Source of the DNA: Scyliorhinus canicula
Taxonomy: Eukaryota
Direction of reading: 5' to 3'
Assembly: GCF_902713615.1 (NCBI RefSeq)
Contig: NC_052158.1
Location: 40,415,729-40,479,728 of the forward strand
DNA length: 64,000 bases
Shown: positions 23,618 through 34,770 of the stretch, piece by piece
How positions within the stretch are numbered: position 1 is the stretch's first letter
Layout: each line of letters opens with the position of its first letter
Notes under the pieces: model-generated
Database searches by the model: none
What the model saw: the letters and a program-made list of their open reading frames with translations, nothing else
Told to the model about the DNA's origin: nothing
Translations under genes and position numbers: made by a program

Positions 23618-26600
23618 TCAGAACCCGTAAAATACCTTAAAATATACTCTAGAGGTACCCAAGATCAGTGTATACTACCCATAGAGATGGCTTGGTAGGG
23701 CTATCTATCTGATCATTGTGTGCCTCTGATCCGTCTTCGCAAAGCTGGTTCTCGCTGGCAGTCTCTTCCATCCTTCTTTCTCTGGTCAGTCGTATTGATT
23801 GCCGCTGCAAGGAGTATTCGCCCCTGATGTTCTCAGGTGCCTGTTTTTATCCCTCTCCCTTTGTGTCCCTTTGCCATTTCCTCTGTCTTTCTCCCAATAA
23901 TGCATCAGGAGGGCGTCTCAGCAGCCAATGGTCCGGTTGATGACCGTTTGACAGGACACCTGAGCCCACCCCAGGCGTCCATCTTTGGTAATGAGGGCTG
24001 CACATAACCTGTTCCCATATTAGGTAACAGCAGAAACTCTGGGTGACAGAAAACCTGGCCCAATCTGGGTTACTGACAATAGACCTGTGCATATCAATAG
24101 GGTGCCATGATCTCCTAATGGGTGACTGACAGGGAAGGTCCAGTCACGTTCTGGCAGCTTGTCTATTGATGGTGTATTCAGACTTGGCCAGTTCGAGTTC
24201 CCATGGGGCTGTGTGCTGGAGTGTCTTTGGCTTGATTTAAGGTGCCCAATTCTTGAATTTAAAATACCTAATTTTGATCAGGCCTAAATCTAGGCCTTGC
24301 TAGAATAATTCTATCCCGACAAGCTTTGATCTCACTCATCAGTCTGTTGTGGGGTAAGGTGTCAGATTAGTGAAACCATAATTTACGGCATTTCTCGGAA
24401 ACTGTTTCACTGTGGGGGAGGGGGGGGAGGAAACTGCAACTGTTAAACAAATTGAAAGTAAAATGTTTGAGACTCTGCTGCTGAATCTCTCAGGTATCAG
24501 CAGCATTTCCTTACAGCGGGGTCAATGTTGACAGTAAATAACACATTTCTGTATCTGATAGCAGCTTTAATCCAAATCCAAAACTCTCAACACAAGACTT
24601 TTAGTCACTGAAACAATCGGAGTCTGACTTCAACTCCCACCAGTCGGACAGTCTGACAGTTTCCCTGTTTTCTAACAGTGCTGTCCATACAGGAGGTGAG
24701 ATCTCGGTGAAAGTACTAGGACAGCCAGTCATTACAGCAATTCTCCACAGCTGGATCAGACACTTCATATACAGGTCAGTGAATTCATTTCATGTCTGAG
24801 GGAGCTAACCAGCGAGTGCGAGTTTACCTGTTTGTGTTCCTGAGTATGAGGCGGTCTTGTGAATTATTTTGAAACAGCAATTGGATGTGTGGCAATGGGA
24901 GTATTACAGCATTAGTTTGAGTGTGAAATACCATTTAGTTGTGTGTGAATGGATCATATTTGTTTGAAACAATGTTTAAATTATTTAAATTTACATAAAT
25001 GCAACATTTAAATTATCTTCAATAGGTCTGTTGCCCTTCCCCCACCACTCAGATTGAGAGACGACAGTTGCCTGCTGAACCTGTGTCTGGCCATGGGTTT
25101 GACGGGGTTTTCAGCTTCAGTCTGTTCCGTGGGCATCGTTGGTAAACCAGCATTTCTTGCACACATCCGAAATTGAGAGAAAGTGGTGGTATAGTCCATG
25201 TGGTGCTAGCACACCCATAGTATCATTAGGGAGGAAGTTCCAGGACTTTGACCCAGTCACAGTGAAGGAACGGCGATGTATTTCCAAGTCAGGGTGGTGA
25301 GTGACTTTGAGGGGTACATGTAGGTGTTTGTTTTCCCAGGTATCTACTGCCATTGTCCTTCTAATGATTGTGGGTTTGGAAGGTGCTGTCAAAGGAGTTT
25401 TTCTGAGTTGTTGCATCCTGTAAATGGTACACATGCGGTCACTGTGCATCAGTGCTGGAGGGAGTGAATGTTGAGGGTGATGGATGGAGTGTCAGTCAAC
25501 TGGCTGCTTTATCCTGGATGGTGTTGAGGTTTTTGAGAGTTGTTGGAGCTGCGCTCAACCAGGCAAGTGGGGAGCATTCCATCACACTGCTGCCTTGGAG
25601 ATGGTGGACAGGGTTTAAGGAGCCAAGAAATATGTTGCACATCTCAGCATTCTCTGACCCACTCTTGTATCCACAGTAATTATATGGCTAGTCCAGTTCA
25701 GTTTCTAATCAATAGTATCTCCCCACCCACCCCAGGTTGTTGATAGTGAGGTATTTAGCTATGGTAAAGCTATTGAATGTCAAGGGGAGTTTGGTGGATT
25801 CTCTCTTGTTGGAGATGGTCATTGCCTGGCACTTGTCTGGCACGAATGTTTGTGGTAAAACCACTGTGTTGAATTGTGCTGCCACAGTAGTACGTGTTGT
25901 ACAGTATTGCTACTATATTACATGTTGTACGGTTTTGGCTCTGCCCTTGGCTCCTCCCCCTGGGGCCTGGGTATATAATCTGCGACTACTCACTGTGGTG
26001 ATATGATTTGCATACCTGTCTGCCATTGGGGCAGAACACCGGCTTACCATTGGCCCTGGTCGGTCATGTGCCTCTCGACCGATTGGTCGAGAGGCTGAGT
26101 TAACCACGCCTCCTTGCCGAGGTACAAATAGTCAAACGCCCGGCGGTCGTCCATTTTATTGTAGACAACCGCAGGGCTAAGTTCTAGTTTATTAAAGCCT
26201 AACTTTTGTAAAGCAACTCGTCTCTCGTGCAATTGATGGCACATCAATTTAATAAACTAGATTTTTGAAGATGGAGTTCCGGATCAAGCCCGAATGCCTC
26301 CGCATCAGCCCGCAAACTCCGAACTCTGCAGAACTTTTTCAACATTGGCTGACTTGCCTCGAAGGATACCTGGAGTCTGCAACCAGCCCCCCCACCATGG
26401 CACAGAAGCTGCACGTCCTCCACTCCAGCGTGGGTATCGACCCCTAATCAAGAAGGAAAAGGATTATGATGCAGCAATACTAAAGCTGAATGGACAATTC
26501 ATTAAACCAGTCAACAGGGTATTCACCCGACATCTGCTGGCCACCAGACAACAGCTCCCCGGTGAGTCACTAAACCAATTTTACCGGGCCCTCGCTACCC

Positions 26601-27410
26601 TGGGGAGGAACTGCTCCTGCCTCGCAGTCTCAGCTACGGAGCACATGGAACTACTGATCAGAGACGCTTACTGGCTGGGATGCAGTCCCCCGCTATCCGC
26701 CAACGGATGCTGGAGAGAGACGACCTCAGCTTAACTGAGGCACGGACTCTCTCCACCTCCCTGGAGGTCACCGATCAAAATACTCTCGCCTATGTCCCCA
26801 GCCGGGCCTCCTGGCACGCTTCCCCACCGCCATCCGCCGCTCCCGACCTCCCTCAGGCCTGTGCCGCGGGACGCCCTGACAAGTCCACGGGGCCCCGCTG
26901 CTACTTTTGCGGGTTCGCGAAACACCCTCGCCCGCGCTGCCCAGCCCGCTCCGCCCTCTGTAAGAGCTGCGGGAAGAAGGGCCACTTCTCCACGGTCTGC
27001 CAGGCCACAATGGTGGCTGCGGTCTCTCTCTCTCCTCCCGGCCCCCTCCTGGTCGCCGCGCCTCTCTCTCCCCCCCCCCCCCGGGCCCCGGCGCCCAACC
27101 TGCGGGTATCTCTCGCATCTCCTGGTCCTCCCGGTCCCCTCTTAACCGCCGCGCAACACTCCCCCCCCCCCGCCCCCGGGCCCCGGCGCCCAACCTGCAC
27201 CCCTCTCTCGCTTCTCTGGGCCCTCCCGGTCCCCTCCTAGAAGCCGCGCAACTCTTCCCCCCCCACCCCCCCCCCCCGCCCCTGGGCCCCCGCGCCTGGC
27301 CTGCTCGCCTCTCTCTCTCCTTCGGGGCCCCTCCAGCGCACCGTGCTCCTCCCAGCTCGCCGCCCCCGGGCTCCCGCGCCTGGCCTACTCGCCTCTCTCT
27401 CTCCTCCGGA

Positions 27411-28041
27411 GCCCCTGATGTGCTCAGGTGCCTGTTTTTATCCCTCTTCCTTGTGTCCCTTTGCCATTTCCTCTGGCTTTCTCCCAATAATGCATCAGGA
27501 GGGCGTCTCAGCAGCCAATGGTCCGGTTGATGACCGTTAGACAGGACACCTGAGCCCACCACAGGCGTCCATCTTTGGTAATGAGGGCTGCACATACCTG
27601 TTCCCATATTAGGTAACAGCAGAAACTCTGGGTGACAGAAAACCTGGCCCGATCTGGGTTACTGACAATAGACGTGTGCATATCAATAGGGTGCCTGATC
27701 TCCTAATGGGTGACTGACAGGGAAGGTCCAGACATGTTCTGGCAGCTTGTCTATTGATTGTGTATTCAGACTTGGCCAGTTCAAGTTCCCATGGGGCTGT
27801 GTGCTGGAGTGTCTTTGGCTTGATTTAAAGTGCCCAATTCTTGAATTTAAAATACCTAATTTTGATCAGGCCTAAATCTAGGCCTTGCTAGAATAATTCT
27901 ATCCCGACAAGCTTTGATCTCACTCATCAGTCTGTTGTGGGGTAAAGTGTCAGATTAGTGAAAACATAACTTACGGCATTTCTCGGAAACTGTTTCACTG
28001 TGGGGGAGGGGGGAGGAAACTGCAACTGTTTGAGACTCTGC
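27411..28041 (+). other. 631-bp copy of window region 23820-24478 inserted in Gypsy 3 gag
   Basis: About 97% identical by eye; includes the LTR/flank junction of the donor. Confidence 0.9.
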
Positions 28042-29042
28042 CTGCTCGCCTCTCTCTCTCCTCCAGGGCCCCTCCAGTGCACCGCGCTCCTCCCAGCTCG
28101 CCGCCCCCGGGCCCCCGCACCTGGCCTGCGCGCCTCGCAGCCCCCGCTCGCAGCCGCTCCAATCGGCCCGCCGGCACCGCTAGCCCCGCCCCCAGCAACC
28201 ACGAGGGCCCCACGAGCGCCGACATCTTGGGGCGCCGACTCCACGTGCGGGTCCTGGGCGCCGCCATCTTGTGCCCCGACTCCACGTGCGGGTCCTGGCC
28301 ACCGCCTTCCGGGACTGGCACGCAAGGATCTTCCAGCATCTACTCGGACAACGATGACGAATATGGATTTTCTCCACGGCTCGCGGCCGTTCAGCTCGAC
28401 CAGTCACGTCCACGCACGCTCGCCAAAACGACGACGCTCATCTACAACAGCCACGAGACGGGCTGCCTGCTGGACTCCGGGAGCACGGAAAGCTTTGTTC
28501 ACCCTGACACGGTAAGACGCTGCGCGCTCCCTGTCCATCCTGTAAAACACAAAATCGGGTTAGCCTCAGGTTTGCACTCCGTCCACATCACCGGGTGCTG
28601 CATCGCGGACCTCACAGTCCAAGGGAAGGTTTTTAAAAATTATAAATTCCTTGTCCTCCCTGACCTTTGCGCACCGGCACTCCTAGGACTGGACTTCCAA
28701 TGCAACCTGCAGAGCTTGACTTTTCAATTCGGCGGCCCTATACCCCCCCTCACTGTCTGCAGCCTCAAAGTGGACCCTCCCTCCCTGTTTGCTAATCTCA
28801 CCCCCGATTGCAAACCCGTCGCGACCCGGAGCAGACGGTACAGCGCCCAGGACCGATCCTTCATCAGGTCCGAGGTCCAGAGGTTGCTGAAGGAAGGGGT
28901 CATCGAGGGCAGCAACAGTCCCTGGCGAGCCCAAGTGCTGGTGGTCCGGACGGGGGAGAAAAACCGGATGGTCATCGACTAAAGCCAGACTATCAACCGG
29001 TTTACGCAACTGGACGCGTATCCTCTCCCCCGTATTTCCACC

Positions 29043-31046
29043 ATGGTAAACGAGATCGAGAAATACAAGGTCTTCTCCACTGTGGACCTTAAGTCCGCTT
29101 ACCACCAGCTTCCCATCCGCGCGAGTGACCGCAAATACACCGCGTTTGAGGCAGATGGGCGCCTCTACCACTTCCTTAGGGTTCCATTTGGTGTCACAAA
29201 TGGGGTCTCGGTCTTCCAACGGGAGATGGACCGAATGGTCGACAAGCACGGATTACAGGCTACCTTCCCGTATCTTGATAATGTCACCATCTGCGGCCAC
29301 GATCAGCAGGACCATGACGCCAACCTCCAGAAATTCCTCCAAACTGCAAAACTCCTTAACCTCACATACAATAAGGATAAATGCGTGTTCAGCACCGACC
29401 GCCTAGCCATCCTCGGCTACGTATTGCGTAACGGAGTGATAGGCCCCGATCCCGAACGCATGCGCCCCCTGATGGAACTCCCTCTCCCCAATACCCTCAA
29501 ATCCCTCAAACGCTGCCTGGGGTTCTTCGCATACTGCGCCCAATGGGTTCCCAACTACGCGGACAAGGCCCGTCCCCTCATGCAAACCACGACCTTCCCG
29601 CCGTCGACAGAGGCCTGCCAGGCCTTTAGCCGCATCAAAGCGGACATCGCAAAGGCCACGATGTGCGCCATCGACGAGGCCCTCCCCTTCCAGGTCGAGA
29701 GCGACGCATCAGAAGTTGCTCTGGCGGCCACCCTGAACCAAGCGGGCAGACCCATGGCCTTCTTCTCCAGAACCCTCCAGGCTTCCGAACTCCGCCACCC
29801 CTCTGTGGAAAAGGAAGCCCAGGCCATAGTCGAAGCCGTGCGACATTGGAGGCACTATTTGGCCGGCAGGAGGTTTACCCTCCTCACAGACCAATGGTCA
29901 GTAGCCTTCATGTTTGATAATGCACAAAGGGGCAAGATCAAGAATGACAAGATTTTACGGTGGCGGATCGAGTTGTCCACGTACAACTATGATATCTTGT
30001 ATCGTCCTGGGAAGCTCAATGAGCCTCCTGATGCCCTGTCCCGCGGTACCTGCGCCAGCGCGCAGATAGACCGCCTCCGCTCCCTCCACGCAGACCTCTG
30101 CCATCCAGGGTTGACCCGTCTCTGCCATTTCATTAAGGCCCGCAACCTGCCTTTCTCCATCGCGGAAGTCAGGACAGTAACCCGTGACTGCCACATCTGC
30201 GCCGAGTGTAAACCGCACTTCTACCGCCCCGAGCGCGTGCACCTGATCAAAGCATCCCGCCCCTTCGAACGTCTCAGCATTGACTTCAAGGGGCCCCTTC
30301 CCTCTAACAACCGCAACATTTACTTCCTGGCGGTAATTGACGAATTCTCCCGCTTCCCCTTCGCCATTTTCTGCCCCGACATGACCACATCGACCGTCAT
30401 TAAGGCCCTCCTCTCCGTCTTCTCCCTGTTCGGCTACCCCGAGTACATTCACAGCGATCGGGGGTCCTCATTTATGAGGGACGAGCTGCGTCAATTTCTG
30501 CTCAACAGGGGCATTGCCTCTAGCAGGACAACCAGCTATAACCCCCGGGGTAATGGACAGGTCAAGCGGGAGAATGGTACCATCTGGAAGACCATACTAC
30601 TGGCCCTCCGGTCCAGAGATCTCCCTATTTCCCGATGGCAAGAGGTTATCCCCGATGCCCTACATTCTATCCGCTCACTCCTCTGTACCGCAACTAATCA
30701 GACACCTCATGAACGTCTTCTTGTTTTCCCCAGGAAGTCATCCTCCGGATCCCCTCTCCCGACATGGCTGGTCACCCCCGGACCTATCTTGCTCCGGAAG
30801 CATGTGCGGGTGCACAAGTCCGACCCGTTGGTGGAACAAGTCCAGTTACTCCACGCTAACCCGCAGTACGCGTATGTGGAGTACCCCGACGGTCGGCAGG
30901 ACACGGTCTCCCTCTGGGATCTGGCACCCGCCGGCGTGCGGCCTTCCCCCCCTCCACCACAGACCCCCCCCTGTTTTTTTCCCCCCAGCGCCCCACTCAG
31001 GTTCCCCCTTCCCCATCCATGGCGTCGCCACAGCCAGCTCGGGTGA
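29043..31046 (+). CDS. pol: Gypsy RT-RNase H-integrase ORF (667 aa, preceded by a premature TAA at 28980)
   Basis: DLKSAYHQ, YLDN, ESDAS, HCHPG..CHIC, IDEFS, HSDRG motifs in the ORF track. Confidence 0.9.
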   Translation: MVNEIEKYKVFSTVDLKSAYHQLPIRASDRKYTAFEADGRLYHFLRVPFGVTNGVSVFQREMDRMVDKHGLQATFPYLDNVTICGHDQQDHDANLQKFLQTAKLLNLTYNKDKCVFSTDRLAILGYVLRNGVIGPDPERMRPLMELPLPNTLKSLKRCLGFFAYCAQWVPNYADKARPLMQTTTFPPSTEACQAFSRIKADIAKATMCAIDEALPFQVESDASEVALAATLNQAGRPMAFFSRTLQASELRHPSVEKEAQAIVEAVRHWRHYLAGRRFTLLTDQWSVAFMFDNAQRGKIKNDKILRWRIELSTYNYDILYRPGKLNEPPDALSRGTCASAQIDRLRSLHADLCHPGLTRLCHFIKARNLPFSIAEVRTVTRDCHICAECKPHFYRPERVHLIKASRPFERLSIDFKGPLPSNNRNIYFLAVIDEFSRFPFAIFCPDMTTSTVIKALLSVFSLFGYPEYIHSDRGSSFMRDELRQFLLNRGIASSRTTSYNPRGNGQVKRENGTIWKTILLALRSRDLPISRWQEVIPDALHSIRSLLCTATNQTPHERLLVFPRKSSSGSPLPTWLVTPGPILLRKHVRVHKSDPLVEQVQLLHANPQYAYVEYPDGRQDTVSLWDLAPAGVRPSPPPPQTPPCFFPPSAPLRFPLPHPWRRHSQLG

Positions 31047-32199
31047 CGGAGACTATTCAAGGACCATCGCTCCCGGACTCCAGGACGTCAGCGGAACCAC
31101 CACCATCGGCCGACCTGACGTCACCTCCTCCACTTCGGCGGTCTGCCAGAACATCACGGGCCATGAAAAGACTGATCGAATCGATCTAAATTTCAACAGC
31201 TCCATGGACTTTGTTGGGACTTTGTGTAATATTGCTTATTGTCTGGGCCAGTGGGAAGCCCCCAAATTTGATAAAAGAAAGGAGAGAAAATTTTTGTCCT
31301 CCCGGCTGCTACTCATATCACCAGTTCTCTCCACTCCCCTACCCCCCCGCCCCAGGTCTCGTTGATACCCCCCCCCCCCCCCGGCTTCTTTCTCCGCAAG
31401 GGGTGAATGTGGTGATATGATTTGCATACCTGTCTGCCATTGGGGCAGAACACCGGCTTATCATTGGCCCTGGTTGGTCATGTGCCTCTCGACCGATTGT
31501 AGACACCGCAGGGCTAAGTTCTAGTTTATTAAAGCCTAACTTTTGTAAAGCAACTCGTTTCTCGTGCAATTGATGGCACATCACTCACACTGCCTCATTC
31601 TGGGGCACGCTGCCAGCTCTGTTGTAAGTCAATTAAAGCCATTGTTAATTCACTCTGCGTTCTCCGTCTTAACTGACGGCATATCAATGTTACTTGCCAC
31701 TTGTCAGCCCGAGCCTGAATGACGTTCACATTTACTGCAAATAGGCACAGACTGCTTCAGTATGTGAGGAGTCACAAATGGTGCTGAACATTGTGCAGCC
31801 ATCAGTGAACATCCCCATTTCTCACCTTATGACTGAAGGAAGGTCATTGATGAAGCAACTGAAGATGTCTGGGCCTAGGAAACTACCTTGAGGAAATCCT
31901 GTAGTGATGTCCTGGGACTGAAATGACTGAACTCCAACAACCACAACCATCTTCCTTTGTGTTAGGTATGACTCCAACCAGTGGAGACTCCCCCCCCCCC
32001 CCCCCCCCCACCCCCGCAATTCCCATTGACTCCAGTTTAGCAAGGGCTCCTTGATGCCATACTCAATCAAATGCTGCCTTGATGTCAAGTGCAGTCACTC
32101 TCACAACAGCTCTGAGGTTTTGCTCTTTTGTCCATGTTTGAAACAAGGCTGTAACAAGGTCAGGAGTTGAATGACCCTGGTGGAACTCAAACTGAACGT

Positions 32200-34770
32200 C
32201 ATAGAACATAGAACATAACAGCACAGTACAGGTCCTTCAGCTCACAATGATGTGCTGACCATTTATCCTAATCAAAGATCAACCTAACCTTCACCCCTTC
32301 AATTTACTGCTGGCCATGTGCCTGTCCAAGAGTCGCTTAAATGTCCCTAATGATTCTGCCTCCACCACCTCTGCTGACAGTGCATTCCACGCACCCACCA
32401 CTCTCTGTGTAAAGAACCTATCCCTGACACCTCCCCTATACCTTCCTCCAATCACCTTAAAATTATGTCTCCTCGTGACAGCTCTCTCCGCCCTGGGGAA
32501 AAGTCTCTGGCTATCCACTCTATCCATGCCTCTCATCACCTTGTACACTTCTATCAAGTCACCTCTCTGCCTTCTTCGCTCCAGTGAGAAAAGCCCTAGC
32601 TCCCTCAACCTTTCTTCATAAGACATGTCCTCCAGTCCAGGCAGCATCCTGGTAAATCTCCTCTGCACCCTCTCCAAAGCATCCATATCCTTCCGATAAT
32701 GAGGCAACCAGAACTGGACACAATATTCTAAGTGTTGTCTAACCAGGGTTTTATAAAGCTGCAGCAAAACATTACGACTCTTAAACTCAATCCCCCTGTT
32801 CATGAAACCCAGCACACTATACGCCTTCTTAACAACCCGACCAAACTGGGTGGCAACTTTGAGGGATCTATGTATGTGGACCCCAAGATCCCTCTATTCC
32901 TCCACACTTCCAAGAATCCTGCCTTTAACCCTGTATTCAGCATTCAAATTCGACCTTCCAAAATGAATCACTTCACATTTATCTAGGTTGAATTCCTTCT
33001 GCTACTTCTCAGCCCAGCTCTGCATCCTGTCAGTGTCCTGTTGTAACCTGCAACAGCCCTCGACACCATCTACAACTCCACCAATCTTCGTACCATCGGC
33101 AAACTTACTAACCCACCCTTCCACTTCCTCATCCAAGTCATTTATAAAAACCACATAGAGCAGAGGTCCCAGAACAGATCCCTGCGGGACATCATTGGTC
33201 ACCGACCTCCAGACGGAATATTTTCCTTCCGCTAGCACTCGCTGTCATCTTTCGGCCAGTTAAATTCTGTATCCAGACAGCTAAATTTCCCTGTATCCCA
33301 TGCCTCCTGACTTTCTGAATGAGCCTACCATGGGGAACCTTATCAAATGCCTTCCTGAAATCCATATCCACCACATCCACTGCCCGACCTTCATCAGTGT
33401 GTCTCGTCACATCCTCAAATAATTCAATAAGGCTTGTGAGGCATGACCTGTCCCTCACAAAGCCATGCTGACTATCTTTAATCAAACTATGTTTTTCTAA
33501 ATAATCATAAATCTTATCTCTCAGAATCGTTTCCAGTATTTTGCTCACCACAGACATAAGACTGATGGGTCTGCAATTCCCAGGGATTTCCCAATTCCCT
33601 TTCTTGAACAGGGAACAACATTCGCCTCCCTCCAATCATCCGGTACTACTCCAGTGGAGAGCGAGGACACAAAGATCATCACCAATGGCGCAGCAATCTC
33701 CTCCCTCGCTTCCCATAGTAACCTTGGGTATATCCCATCAGGCCCAGGGGACCTATCTATCCTGATGCTTTTCAAAACTTCCAGCACATCCTCCTTCTTA
33801 ATATCAACCTGTTTGAGTCTATTAACCTGGTTCACACTGTTCTCATGAACAACAAGATCCCTCTCTCTAGTGAATACTGAAGCAAAATATTCATTTTGGG
33901 TCTCCCCCATCTCCTCAGACTCTAGGCTCAAGTTCCCTCCACTATCCCTGATCGACCTTACTCTCACTCTGATCATCCTCTTATTTCTCACATAAGTGTA
34001 GAACGCCTTGGGGTTTTCCCTAATCCTTCCTGCCAGAGCTTTTTCATGCCCCCTTCTAGCTCTCCTAAGTGCATTTTTGAGTTCCTTCCTGGCTACCTTG
34101 TAACCCTCTAGAGCCGTGCCAGATCCTTGCTTCCTCAACCCTCAACCGTACGCATGCTTCCTTCTTCCTCTTGACTAGAAGCTTCACTTCTCTTGTCATC
34201 CAAGGCTCCTTTACCTTACCATTCCTTCCTTGTCTCAGTGGGACAAAACTATCCAGCACTCGCAGCAAGTGCTCCTTAAACAATCCCCACATTACTGTTG
34301 TGCATTTCCCTGAGAACAACTGTTCCCAATTTATGCTCCTCAGGTCCTGTCGAATAGCAGTATAATTTCCCCTTCCCCAATTAAATACCTTCCCATATTG
34401 TCTGTTCCTATCCCTCTCCATGACTATGGTAAAGGTCAAGGAGTTGTGGTCACTGTCACCGAAATGATCTCCCACCGAGACATCTGACACCTGGCCTGGT
34501 TCGTTGCTGAGCACCAAGTCCAATATGGCCTCCCCCTAGTTGGCTTATCTACATATTGAGTCAGGAATCCTTCCAGTACACACCTGGCAAAATCTGCTCC
34601 ATCCAAACCATTTGCACTTAGGAGGTTCCAGTCAATATTGGGGAAGTTGAAGTCACCCATGACAACAACTCTGTTACTTCTGCACTTTTCCAGAATCTGC
34701 CGCCCAATCTCTTCCTCTATCTCTCTGCTGCTATTGGGGGGGGCCTGTAGAAAACTCCCAATAAAGTGAC
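32200..34770 (-). mobile_element. CR1 (HER1-like) LINE, 5' truncated
   Basis: (CTATGTT)n tail; ORF2 fragments LEYCVQFWLPHY, PQGSVLGPLL, DFRKAFDKVPH, RSPGPDGIYP, GDFNFP. Confidence 0.93.

Larger units (their letters stand above)
20210..24390 (-). mobile_element. gag: Second decayed spuma/loki-like retroviral element: 5' LTR, PBS, gag, protease
   Basis: Putative LTR 24390-23131 (TG...CA, AATAAA, SINE inserted); PBS-like TGGCACCCAAGACGG 23128-23114; coiled-coil gag fragments (22820-22320); protease EFLWDTGGSSTTL...MLSGFTG near 20580-20480, homologous to 11827-12348. Confidence 0.65.
25994..31583 (+). mobile_element. Ty3/Gypsy LTR retrotransposon 3, near full length
   Basis: LTRs 25994-26246 and 31408-31583 (3' LTR has an internal deletion); TSD CTCAC; PPT AAGGGGTGAA; gag ATG 26271 (MEFRIKPECLRI); knuckle CKSCGKKGHFSTVC; protease LLDSGS. 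Confidence 0.95.
25851..31686 (+). mobile_element. Solo LTR (25851-25993 plus 31589-31686) interrupted by Gypsy 3
   Basis: TGTGGT start, ...CATATCA end, 5-bp TSD ATGTT, TATATAA at 25972, ATTAAA 49 nt from the end. Confidence 0.85.
25205..32199 (-). mobile_element. Old CR1-group LINE 3' fragment (25205-25850 plus 31687-32199), split by a solo LTR and Gypsy 3
   Basis: RT motif PQGSFLGPDIFSCFINDL (31822-32088). The sequence rejoins across the ATGTT TSD. Confidence 0.7.
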
